DNA from: Marsupella aquatica
Taxonomy: Eukaryota; Plantae; Marchantiophyta
Reading direction: 5' to 3'
DNA: 64,000 bases
Assembly: GCA_973895155.1 (NCBI GenBank)
Contig: OZ316896.1
Location: 13,573,469 to 13,637,468, forward strand
The notes under the pieces were generated by a model, which worked only from the letters and a program-made list of their open reading frames with translations, was not told where the DNA came from and made no database searches. Shown here piece by piece: positions 21,301-32,230 of the stretch. Position 1 is the first letter of the stretch, and every line of letters starts with the position of its first letter. The position numbers and the translations under genes were made by a program.

Positions 21301-22531
21301 GGTGGTGGAGGCAGGGGGATCGGCGCTATTTCGACCTGTTCAAAGGTCTCCTGCATTTTCTGCTGGAGCTGGAGCTCTGCTTCGAAGATCTTCTGAAACA
21401 CATTTGATTTGTAACCCTACTCTTCATCCAAGCCCCTTCAATGGCTCAGTTTTGGGTATCCCAACTTAATTCAAATAAAGTAAGAAACGAGCTATAATTT
21501 CAATGACAAGTGCAATTATTTGGCCCAGTTGCATTAGTAATATGTAATTTGGCAAGTACGCAATTGAATTTGTCTGATTGCTTACTTGCCCAAATTTGCA
21601 AGAGGCTTTTAAATGTCTTCTCTCTGTAATGGAAACAGCTTTGCTCCTGGAGACCTTACCTGAATACGAACTCAATGCTTGTCTCGAAACGGTTCTTTGA
21701 CAAATTCAAGGATAGCTCAGAATTCAGTACAGTAGACAGTTAATGTGTTTTTTAAGTTGCCTTTCGAGAGCGTCTCATGTGGACTGTATAATTATATGAT
21801 TTTACGTAGCTTCTATCAATTTTTCTTTCTAAATTAGTTGATCAAAATTCTAGTATTTGGCTTACCAGGATTAACTGATGGGCATAGATGTTCTGGCCCT
21901 GGACCACAAATGTCACGTCTCCTAATGGAGGTAAAGTCGACCCGAAGCCTGTTTCTGAAAGGGCAGCATGTGGAGGACGCCGTTTCAGAAACATCAGCCT
22001 ACGCTCGGCTCGCTCGTATGTTTCCTTCATCTTCTCCAGTTCTAACCTTAGCTTCATTCCGATAATGCTCTCCGCATCATCGATTGTCGACTGGGTTGTC
22101 GATTGGGTTTTTGACTTGCTCAGGTCTTCTATCTGTGTCCTCAAATCCATCTCGATTATAGACTCCGCACCGTCGTAAGCAAGCTGTTGAGCAGACAGTT
22201 TGACATCTGCAAGCTCGTGAGCTTCTCTCACATCTTCGGAATGCGAGGCGAGCCTCATTTCAAGGATGTTCAATTTCTTTCTCAGCCAGTTCGCTTCGTT
22301 TCTGGCTTCCGCAATGCCGTTCTGGTAGCGCTCGTGGCATCCTGCACATCCTGGCACCTCGTTGACCGTAATTCCCACCCAATGATGTGGGTTCTGATTG
22401 CGCAAGTGCTGCACGCAGTAGCTGCAATGCAATTTCTTTGGGCAGTCCGGGCACTTGACATACCCTTTCTCTGAATAATAATGCTTTGGGACCTTGTATG
22501 ACTTCAGCTTGATATCGACGAACCTCTCCAT
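18359..22531 (-). CDS. BTB/POZ domain protein, about 1015 aa; predicted exons 22531-21866, 21416-20708, 20031-18359
   Basis: Exon 1 ends GDVTFVVQGQNIYAHQLIL|GTAAG and exon 2 begins GYKSNVFQKIF. Exon 3 ends PIIKVQDTSYAIMQAVINCCYT...AHKYEIDYLRDLCEQEL...NVAEMLKLGRLFGAKELHSQATQFFKENF. Summed length of 3048 nt is in frame. The exon 2 donor position is less certain. Confidence 0.8.
18950..20030 (-). repeat. Coding tandem repeat, 168 nt (56 aa) period, 7 MKSRE-type units, the last ones shortened
   Basis: GATTTCATGT-like anchor at 19989, 19821, 19653, 19485, 19317, 19161 and 19080. Confidence 0.92.
20910..21320 (-). repeat. Low-complexity coding poly-proline tract
   Basis: (GGA/GGT/GGC)n on +; units LLLPPPPPPS and PAPAPA on -. 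Confidence 0.9.
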
Positions 22532-23273
22532 GATCTCAACAATTCAATTGGAAGTAAAGTCGAGTCACGCCCGTAGACATCCGACATCTGACGATTTCTG
22601 TTTTGTCTCTCATTTAGTGCCACGGACTTAACCGGACGGCAGTTTACAAAATTTGTTGTGTGCTAGTACGTAGACAGTGATCGTCGATCTAATTGCAATT
22701 CACATGTAGTTCTTTTCCGGTCCTTAGAAATCGAAGCCCCCCTTAGAAATTGAAGCTCGGGTCTTCAAACTGATAGACTGAAGCGACTTTGTAGCAATCT
22801 CTATCCTATCGTTTGTCATAGCAGCGAATTTTCTGAAGGTTTGGTAGGTTTGTAAGTACTTGAACAAACTCTTCCGCCTTGTATTCTCAATATACGCGTA
22901 AAGAAGAAGCGTGGGACCTTTCGCACATCCAGTCTGATGATATGATCATGTAGTATTCTCCAGGTTTTCCCAGCGGCCATGTTTCAAATTTTAAAAGTGT
23001 GTCTAAGAGACAAAGGACTTTCCAAGTGGATCATAATGTCTAGATTTCGAACTTGAATGGAGTCATTCAATTAGTCTCAATCGCAGCAAGCCAAGATCGT
23101 ACCAAAATCTCCCAACCTTCACTCCAATCGATCACTTAATCTTTATTGTCGCAGATTCAGAAAGTTACATAACTTTGAGCAAATGTCGTTACGTACGAAA
23201 ACGAAAAACGAAAAACGAAAAAAAAATGAAATGGAATAAACTACCTCGATCTGAGCAAATGACGCCGTGGTTT

Positions 23274-23986
23274 CCCGGTTTGGACTTGCCCGGAAAATAG
23301 ACCCTTCCGAGGCCGTCAACCGGCAAGTTGACACCCGACCTCTCCCGGTCTCGCTCCCCCGGTCCCGGCCCGGCCCGGCCCCATCACCCGGTCTCGTTTC
23401 CCTTTTGTTTCCTCCGTCCCGGCCCCGGTCCCCGGTCCTGGCCCGAGCACATCCCCTGGCCCCCGGTCCCGGCTCCCACATCTCCCGGCCTGCGGTCCCG
23501 GCTCGGACATCCCCCGGCTCCCGGTCCCAGCTCCCACATCCCCCGGCCCCCGGTCCCAGCTCCCAAGTCCCGGCCTCTGGTCCCGGCTCGGACATCCCCT
23601 GGCTCCCGGTCCCGGCCTCCTCCCCTCCTCACCCGGCCTCCCCTCCTCACCCGGCCCTCCTCACTCCCCTCCCCTCCCCTCCCCTCCCGGACCCGGGCCT
23701 CCTCACCCTCCCCCCACCTGGACCCAGGCCTCCTCACCCTCCCCTCCCCTCCTCCCACCCGGACCCGGCCCAGCCCCGGCTGCTGTTTGGCCGGGTCCGG
23801 GGAGGGGCCGGGCCGGGCCGGGCTGGTTGTCGGGAAGGGTGGTAGCGTCCAGGACAAGGCCGGGAAGAGTTTGGGCCGGGCCGGGGAATAAGATGGAATA
23901 TGCGTCAAATAAAGGCATTTTGGTCCGGCAAATGCCGAGTTTACGTGTCGGGCAACTCGGCAAGTTGCCCGTCACTTCAAACCGGG
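23274..23986. mobile_element. GC-rich non-autonomous DNA transposon (MITE-like)
   Basis: TIR CCCGGTTTG...CAAACCGGG. Flanks CGTGGTTT (23266-23273) and CGTGGTTG (23987-23994) give an 8-bp TSD with 1 mismatch. Interior consists of CCCGGTCCCGGCT and CCTCCTCACC subrepeats. Confidence 0.65.
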
Positions 23987-24609
23987 CGTGGTTGTGCTTC
24001 CAACTGTTCGATGCAATATTGTGGACCTTCGGGTCAGCAAAAACTACTAACTTCACAGTGGTAATCCTTCCGACTAGTTGTCGATGTAAATCTATTTAGT
24101 CCAAATCCTGTTCGTGAGATTTAGCAGCCTGCCATTTACGCTCGCTCTGGCTTATAGCCAATCTGAAACATTTCAGTGTCTTGAGAGAGAATTTATGCCC
24201 TAATTATTCACCATTCACCATCTAGGTTTGTAAAATGTAAAATAGTTGCTCCTGACAAAGCCGTCATCCCTCATATTTGTGAACTAATGTCCTGTCAAGT
24301 GGTGTTAACAAATTAAACCACTGAGGAGATCTCAAATAATTACTTGTAGGAAACATGGGTTTTTATTGCTACAGTTACCTGTCTATTTAAGTTGGCCATG
24401 GGCCAGCGAATGAATGCAAGTGTGCCTCTCTGTCAGTGTACTCTAAACAGGGAGCTACCTGGGTGTGATACTCTGGGATATCATTTTTGAGCACCTTATA
24501 TGATGGTTTGGTTGGTTGTACGTTACAGTTATGTGCAGTTCCTGCAAATTATTGTTCACCACTTGAATGCGTAGAAGTTGCATAAAACATCTTCTTACCT
24601 TTTAGTGTA

Positions 24610-24927
24610 TACAAATGGGCGGCCTCTTGATGAGGACCCGAGAGGAAAAACTGAGGAGGCTGCTTTGCCGGTCGGGCAGCAGTGTCCCGGGACCAATCGC
24701 ATGGAGTTAGGGGCTGGGCAATAGAGGCAGCCCAGTGCTGCGCTCAGGGACAAGGATTTCGGGCAATGGTCCACGAGGGACAGTCTCAGGGCCAGTCTGC
24801 CCAAATGGACCCTAAACTGCCCGAAATGCTAATTACGTGTAATCACCCAGGTTTCACTGTAACCGGGACTGTAACCAGGCAGAGTCAAGGCATTAATGTG
24901 CATTGATATTGCCAATTGCGCTGAATC
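24610..24927 (-). repeat. Dispersed repeat, copy 2, inverted relative to 13541-13830
   Basis: See copy 1. Confidence 0.85.
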
Positions 24928-25249
24928 TGGTTACTGTGATGTAGTAACTTGTGACTTGATGCTTTGTTTCAGGTGTGGGGCTAGAGATTGAACCTAACTT
25001 CTAAACTGAGCTCTAGGGAGGCTCAATCGATTCACTTTCAGAGGGGGAAACAAGAGTTTGAAATTCATCTAAAGCATGGCTGCACATTCAAAGTGTGGGG
25101 GATGATCTTCAGATTTCACAAAAAAACCATTAGTCTCAACATTTGAATCAAAGTTGTCAACGTGATTTTTGAACTTGGGCTTGGCCAGGCCCCTAAGTAG
25201 TCGTTACTCATTAACAGACTTCAAGTTCATGCACGATTAACCTGCGTTT

Positions 25250-25344
25250 GAATGGGTCTTTCAACCCTAGTCAAATCAAATAACCTCCTGTGCTACTGAA
25301 TGGGTCTTTCAACCCTAGTCAAATCAAATAACCTCCTGTGCTAC
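25250..25344. repeat. Tandem duplication of about 48 bp
   Basis: GAATGGGTCTTTCAACCCTAGTCAAATCAAATAACCTCCTGTGCTACT twice. Confidence 0.9.
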
Positions 25345-25974
25345 TTTCCCGTTCTGATGGTCCTGACACTAGTTTCAGCCACATTTTTCAATCTTGGCAA
25401 GCCCCCCCCCAAAAAAAACAAAATATGAGATAGCGCAAGTTTGAGACACCCTAAGGAAGATAACAAAGATAAAAACATAGCCATATATGGGGGCGACCGT
25501 TTGGAGAAGGTAGGCCAGACAATAGAGAAAACAAAGGACCAGAATCAAGAAGTCGATCTGGACATTCCCCAACGCCACCAGCTGGTCATGGTGTAAAATG
25601 TCTTAGCTCTTACTAATGCAACATGAAGGAAATCTGTTTCAAACACCAACCCACCAAAGGGCACCCCTGATGCCCTCTGTCCTGATATATCATAGGGGGG
25701 GGGGGGGGGTGCGGGTAAGGAAGGGGATGAGGGGCCCAAGCACCACACTTCCGAGGGTGAGTCGACAACCCAAGGAGGGCCAACTGGTCAACCAATAGGT
25801 GTCACTCAAAAGCAAAATAGGTCCTATGATGTGTGCATCATCAGCAACAACAGAAGGGAACAAACAACTTGGGAAAGCATCCTATTAGGCCCAAATAGCG
25901 CTAAGGACAGTGAGCCATGGCAAACAATGCCCCTCCAAGAGGATCACCCGGCCGAGTCCATCGTGTACGTAAAA

Positions 25975-26385
25975 ATCTCCTAAACAATTGCGGCTCGGAT
26001 GTTAGTTAATTGTAAAGTATCTACATAAGAGAGACGAAGAATGTCCGACTACAGAGAAATAAATAAATACTGCACAAGGTTTTTTTACCTCACCGGTCCA
26101 CCACCCAGTCCGCCGGATTCGTGTACCTCCTGAACGAGTGCGGCTTGAAGGTTAGTTCTATTCCAAATACCTACATAAGAAAAAGACGAAGAATGTCCGA
26201 CTACAGAGAAAGAAAGAAATACTGCACAAGGTTTTATTTTCTCACCGGTCCACCAGGAGGTCCGAAGTGTCCATCCCGTTCCCCCGCTAGTCGTACCCAT
26301 ACCCATACGGATCTTCCCTGATCCTCCTGAACGATTGCGGCTTGAATGTTAGTTCTAAGTATCGACAAAAGATTTCTCACCGGTC
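25975..26385 (-). repeat. Three tandem mini exon/intron modules homologous to the NB-ARC exon start and its upstream intron in copy A
   Basis: RTN(I/L)QAA(I/L)VQE-type exon starts near 26355, 26165 and 26010. CTACATAAGA...GACGAAGAATGTCCGACTACAGAGAAA intron copies match 7284-7355. Confidence 0.75.
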
Positions 26386-26508
26386 CGCAAGGCTGGGAAA
26401 GAGGTCCGCCCGAATTGATCATTGCCCAAAACAACTCGTAAAAAGTCCTAGTCACCTTAACCAGTTATATATCAACTGTAGGTTTAAAGAGACTGATGCG
26501 AACTGATC

Positions 26509-29435
26509 CTAATTTACTACCCTGATCTTGGCTCGCTTGTCGACCCGGAAGAATCGTAACAAGTCAGAGGCCTGATCAGACTTGACGAGGCCATATTCTG
26601 CCAGACTTTCGTTCGCCTCCGAAAGCGTTGTGTTTTCCGGGAACAAAAAGGATGTTTCAATTCTGCCTTGAGCAGGTTCGATTAACGCAGACCACATTGC
26701 AAACCACGTGGCTCTATTTTCTGGCAAAAACTTGGGAACACCGTCCTGGGCACAGTCCTCTTCCGTCGCTTGTAATGCCGGATGCAGCACTACTCTTAAC
26801 TCCAATTCCAGTTCTTGATACCACTCTTTGATTGGATCCGCTGGTCGGATCCCCTGACGCTGATTTGATCCCCTTATGCTGACGTGATCCCCTGATTTGA
26901 TCCCCTGATCTGCTTCTTCTGACGCTGCTTTTTTAATAGTCTCTAACACGAACGTTAGAAAAGGGTTTTCACTAGCTTCTGTAGCAGGAGCACGGGGTTC
27001 TCTAGTAAGACCACAACAGAGATGCCACAGAAATCTTCGGATGTCGAGCGATCTGAAAATGTCCAGTATTTTCCTTAGCTGGATAATTTTGAAGAGTCTT
27101 TGGAAGAACCTAATCCAGATAATGAGACACAAGAGACCACCGATGCTGGTAGTGGTTATCATGTTGACTTCCAGATGGGGAAAATGTGAGAGAGAGCCAA
27201 ATCCAGCTGCTGCAAATCCTCCTAAGACAAATGCGATCGACCAAATGAACAACAAGGTAGTGCCTACCAGCCACTTTCGAATTCCCTCAACCGCGTCTTC
27301 AATGTATACATCAGCCACTGGTAGTGCAGCTGCTGCACCGGCCATCACAGAAGCTATGGCGAAGGAGAATGATAAGCTATTGAATCCCCAAAATATTTGA
27401 AGAATCAGGTGTGTCTGATCTGAATCGTTGCCAAAAGGAGGTTGTAACCATCCTTGAAATGGCACACTAGCTATTAGGGCCGCACCTACTAGGATCGCAT
27501 TAGCAGCATCAAGAAAGATTTGACGGTCTCTGTATAATCTCTCAACACCATCCTTCACTTCTGGGATACACAACAAGAGGTTTTGGATATCCTTCTTTGT
27601 CTCTTGGTCCCTTATCTCATTTGCCAGTCTGTGAGGATGCAGCCCCTCGGCATTCTTGAGAGTATATCGGATTTTGTTCGAGTTGTCATGGAACACGAGA
27701 ACTCTAATGACTTCACTCGCCCCTGCATAAACAGCCCAATGCAAGGGAGAGAATCCACAATTGTCTATGGTGTTGACATTTGTGGCGTCACTTGACAACA
27801 TAACTCTCACAGTGAGAGCTCGAGCACTGTTGCTACAGGCAATCTGAAAGGCTGTCCGATGGAAAATGTCCAAGACATTGACATGCGGGCTGAAGAAATC
27901 CCACCTCAGTAGAGTTTGTGCCACTCGATGGTGATTCCCCAAGGCTGCATGATGCAGTGGGGTCATACGAAGACCGTCTCGCAGACTTTTTCGAAGGAAA
28001 CTATCTACTGCTTCGGGTTGATGACCACCAGCTGAGTCGCCATATCTTACTTTATCGTCTGATAGCATTTCAAGCACTAAATTGTAAGATTCAAGAAGAG
28101 AGTCTAGCACCTCAGTATCACCAAGAGCTGCAGCTAGATGAATGACTGTCCAGCGGCAACTGCCTCTGTATTTATAGTAAGAGAAGTCAATTTTACTAGA
28201 AAGATTGTTCAGGGAGATCACTTGTACCAGACGACGCCGGGCACTTTGAGAGATTGTAGCACCTTCATCATTCATCGCTCCAGCGATCACTGCGTCGACT
28301 ATCGTCATGATTTTGTTCATGCGCAACTGTTTGAGTGCAACACCGGAACCCACACCTGTCACTGTCCACTTTGATGAGTCGGATTCTGATAGAGGTTTTT
28401 GATACTCTTCGAACATATCCATAATATGGCTTTGTTCAGATGCAGACGCACCTGTTCTTGTCCTCTTTGATAAGTTTGATTCTGATAGAGGTTTTGGATA
28501 CTCCTTGAACACATCCATAATATGGCTTTGTTCAGATGCAGACGCCCACTTCAAGATCACGATGCACAGACAATTGATAGCACTCTTCGTGTTAGAGTTG
28601 ATCCTATCTCTCAAGGTCCTCAGCTGTTCTTGGCACTCCTTGAACTCATTAAGAACATGATTTTGTTCGGATGCAACGCCAAGATCACAATCCACAGACG
28701 GATGATGGCATCATTCGTGTTAGACTTGATGCGTTTTAAAAAGGTTCTCAGCTTTCCATCCTCTGTAGGATCAGTGGTCTCTCCCCCACCTTCTACCCTG
28801 ATTTGTTCGAATTCTTTTAGGAACTTGACAACCGTCTTGTACTCACGAGGATTCGGCAATTTACTCCACAGAACAACTCTTTTGATGCTGTCGAAGTAAT
28901 CCTCAGAGCACCCTACGGAATAATCCTGATTATCAGCGTCCGGTGTCAGCTGATCCTCAGAACCCCCTCTACCCGAGTCACATACCCGGTACTTGTCGAG
29001 ACTGCTACGTATCCCTTCTCGAACCAGCGTTGCTTGAGTACGCTCATGGCTCAACAGCTGTACAATCTCCGCTCGACTACAAATGACGGCTGCGTGCAGA
29101 GCTCCAAACCTGTCACCTACCGGCTTCTTTGTATCAAGGCTATCAAGGAAGAGCTCCCTCAGAATAATGTCAGGAAAATACGTTATGAGGCGAGATAACG
29201 CAAGAGTCCCGAAGTCCTTCATGTTGGGGTCAAACCCAGACTTGTGTTTGGAAGGGCACGAAAGCAAAAAGTCTAGCCATGCGTAACGAGGATGATGACC
29301 CGGATCTGCCATGAACTTCTCCAGCTCTCCAAAACTAACCTGCTCACACAGTAAGCGTTTCAACTTTGTCCGGAACACTATTGCTTCTTCTCTCTTTTCT
29401 CGCTGCATCCAGTTTTCTCCAACTAAGGACACCAT
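26509..29435 (-). pseudogene. Ankyrin-repeat plus PGG transmembrane gene, copy B; frameshifted by a 7-nt deletion
   Basis: ORFs 28620-29435 and 26509-28695 are colinear with copy A. A has GATGCAA-GCGCCCA-CGCCAAG and B has GATGCAA-CGCCAAG at 28676/28677. The WLQPPFGNDSD motif is uninterrupted. Confidence 0.88.
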
Positions 29436-29983
29436 CTTCGCTCAGATGCGCACACACAAGAATGCAACGTTTCGTTGCGTAGTAATTCCCCCGCCTTTGG
29501 TTCCTTGCAAAGCATTCACCTCGTCCACACCATGAACTTCTCCAGCTCTCCAAAACTAACCTGCTCACACAGTAAGCGTTTCAACTTTGTCCGGAACACT
29601 GTTGCTTCTTCTCTCTTTTCTCGCTGCATCCAGTTTTCTCCAACTAAGGACACCATCTTCGCTCAGATGCGCACACACAAGAATGCAACGCTTCCTTGCG
29701 TAGTAATTCCCCCGCCTTTGGTTCCTTGCAAAGCATTCACCTCGTCCACTCCATGAACTACTCCAGCTCTCCAAAACTAACCTGCTCACACAGTAAGTGT
29801 GTAAGCGTTTCAAATTTGTCCTGAACACTGTTGCTTCTTCCCTCTTTTCTCGCTGCATCCAGTTTTCTCCAGCTAATTAAGGACACCATCTTCGCTCAGA
29901 TGCGCACACACAAGAATGCAACCCTTCCTTGCGCAGTAATTCCCCCGCCTTAGGTTCCTCGCAAAGCATTGACCTCGTCCACA
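29310..29983. repeat. Tandem triplication of about 221 bp covering the start codon of copy B
   Basis: CATGAACT.CTCCAGCTCTCCAAAACTAACC at 29310, 29531 and 29752; single copy in A. Confidence 0.92.
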
Positions 29984-30879
29984 CCTGTGCAGAATCAAAT
30001 GGGGCCATCGTCGTTCATTCTTCCCGGCTTTAACATTTCTCTCCTCAAAGCTGGTTCACCTGGGCAGCCCCCCATGCCAATCCATGTCAGGCAGCTACAA
30101 TTTCATGCAGAGCACAAGCTAGAAGACCCCATCGAAGACCTGAAACAAGCTAGTGATCACTTACAGACCTGGATTGGAAGCTACAAAGTGGGAACTCCGA
30201 TCAATTCATGAGCTGGTGAAGAAGAAGACAGTATGTATCGGTGTTTCATCTGGGCAGGAATGCCCACAGCGAAGTAGAGAAGCTTAAGAAAACTCTGGTC
30301 TTCATCGCCGCCAGGCCGCGAAGGTAAGATTGCCACAGAGATTCCTCAGAAACGCTTCAATCTACCGACTGGAACCAAAGCGCGGAGCATTCCTCTCCCA
30401 CGTTCAATAGAGTACTTCAATTCGCCGGACTCGTGTTCTCTTCTACGTTCTGTCCATCTCCCTCCCCGAGTCGAGTCCCCCAAAGTGAGTGCAAAAGCGT
30501 TGAATCAATAGGCCGTCTGAAACATAGAATTAGAATTCGTGAGCGCAATACTGGTCATGAATCGACGGTGAAGTTGCAGCACCTGGGCAGACTGGGCTTG
30601 GGCTGGATGATGCATTTAATGGAGGAAGTCAGGTTCATCATGCCCAAAACTCAATTTCACAGACTGCACGCTGGGGGATCACATATTATATTATAGTGGT
30701 TAGAATAGGATAGGATAGAATAGGAATCTTACTAACCTTACTAAGCACTATTGAAACCTACTAGTAGTATTCAGGGCCAGCGAAGCCTCTGGACCAGCCT
30801 TTTTTGTAGTGGCGAAAATTCGCCAAATTCCAACTCCCCAAAAAATCCTTAAAAAATACGCTGCTCTGGACTCTCCCTC

Positions 30880-31280
30880 TAAGGGGATAACTATATCGAA
30901 ACCTACTCTTGAGGGCTATATATTGTCTAGAGTGAAACGCTATACTATATGTAAAATACTCTTAAGGGATAGACTAGAGTTAAGACTCCATTTGGCTAGA
31001 GTGAAGACTACCTATATCTAAACTAGCTACTGTTCAAGGCTATTGTCTACAGTGAAGACTCTTAATAATTTATTTTATGTAACTATACCTGAACTAGTTC
31101 CTCTTTAAGGGCTATTGTCTAGAGTGGAGAGTCCATTTGTCTACAGTGAAGACTCTTAGACCTAACTATATCTAAACTACTCTTCAAGACTATTGTCTAG
31201 AGAGTGAAGACTACATTTGTCTCTAGTGAAGACTCTTAAACAGTCTACTCTTCAAGGCTGTTGTCTAGAGTGAAAACTAG
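30880..31280. repeat. Degenerate short-period tandem array
   Basis: Recurrent CTACTCTT.AAGG.CTATTGTCTAGAGTGAAGACT units. Confidence 0.8.
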
Positions 31281-31992
31281 GGGAACTAGCCTGACTACCT
31301 GTCATTAGAACTTACGTGAATAGAGGTGATACAGGATAAAAAAGTGTCAACCCTCAATGACAGCACCTCCGGACCAAGTCACCCAAAGGTAATCTATTCT
31401 TGCTTTAAAAAGGTTACAAAAAAATCCATCCAAACTCAAAAAATGGATGAGTAATTAGTCTTTTTAAAGTAAACAGGCGAAAATTAAAAACCTTGCAAGA
31501 AACAAATTTGTTTCATTCAAAATCATGAATGACTTGCCCCCAATCCCTACACCTGCAATAATAGACATAGCTTTTAGCTTCTAAAAAATAGATTTTCCTG
31601 TTAACTTACGGTGGTTAAAGAAAATTCATCCCAAGGAAAACAAATGATTAATTATTCTCCTCAACATCAGAATCTCTTTGAGCCAAAAACACTTCAAGAC
31701 AAATTAGTTTACTTTCTTTCAATTGGGGTCTTCACATCTTTAGTTATGTTACAGCATTGTTTCATGTTGATTTATTTACACTGTTCACCTTAATTAGTAG
31801 TATGTAAGAATTGTCATTACTACCAACATTAGTCACTTAATCAGTCTTATGTAAGAATTGTCATTACTACCAAAAGTGATATTGAGTCCAAAATAATACT
31901 AATTCTTGTTACTTTTATTGGAAACCACTTTTGTACGGAGTGCTGGTAAAAATGGGATCTTGAGTCCAAACTGCATCCTTGACACGCACTCC

Positions 31993-32230
31993 CGAGAAAG
32001 CTTTCAATAAGACATCTTAAAACCTTATTCGTAATGGATGGGCCAATGCTCCAGATTGCTGGCCAAATTTTGTTCAGATCTGCTAGCCACCCGGATGAGG
32101 AAAAGCACAGGGAGAAAGCTTTCGATAAGACATCTTAAAACCTTATTTGTAAGGGATGGGCCAATGCTCCAGATTGCTGGCCAAATTTTGTTCAGATCTG
32201 CTAGCCACCCGGATAAGGAAAAGCACAGGG
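31993..32230. repeat. Tandem duplication of about 118 bp
   Basis: GAGAAAGCTTTC.ATAAGACATCTTAAAACC...GGAAAAGCACAGG twice. Confidence 0.9.

Noticed and set aside
20725-21396. Glycine-rich ORF on +
   Set aside because: Antisense shadow of the Pro-rich exon, which has a splice acceptor and BTB residues on -.
23143-24056. Several overlapping Pro/Gly/Arg-rich ORFs
   Set aside because: Stop-free by-products of the GC-rich repeat.
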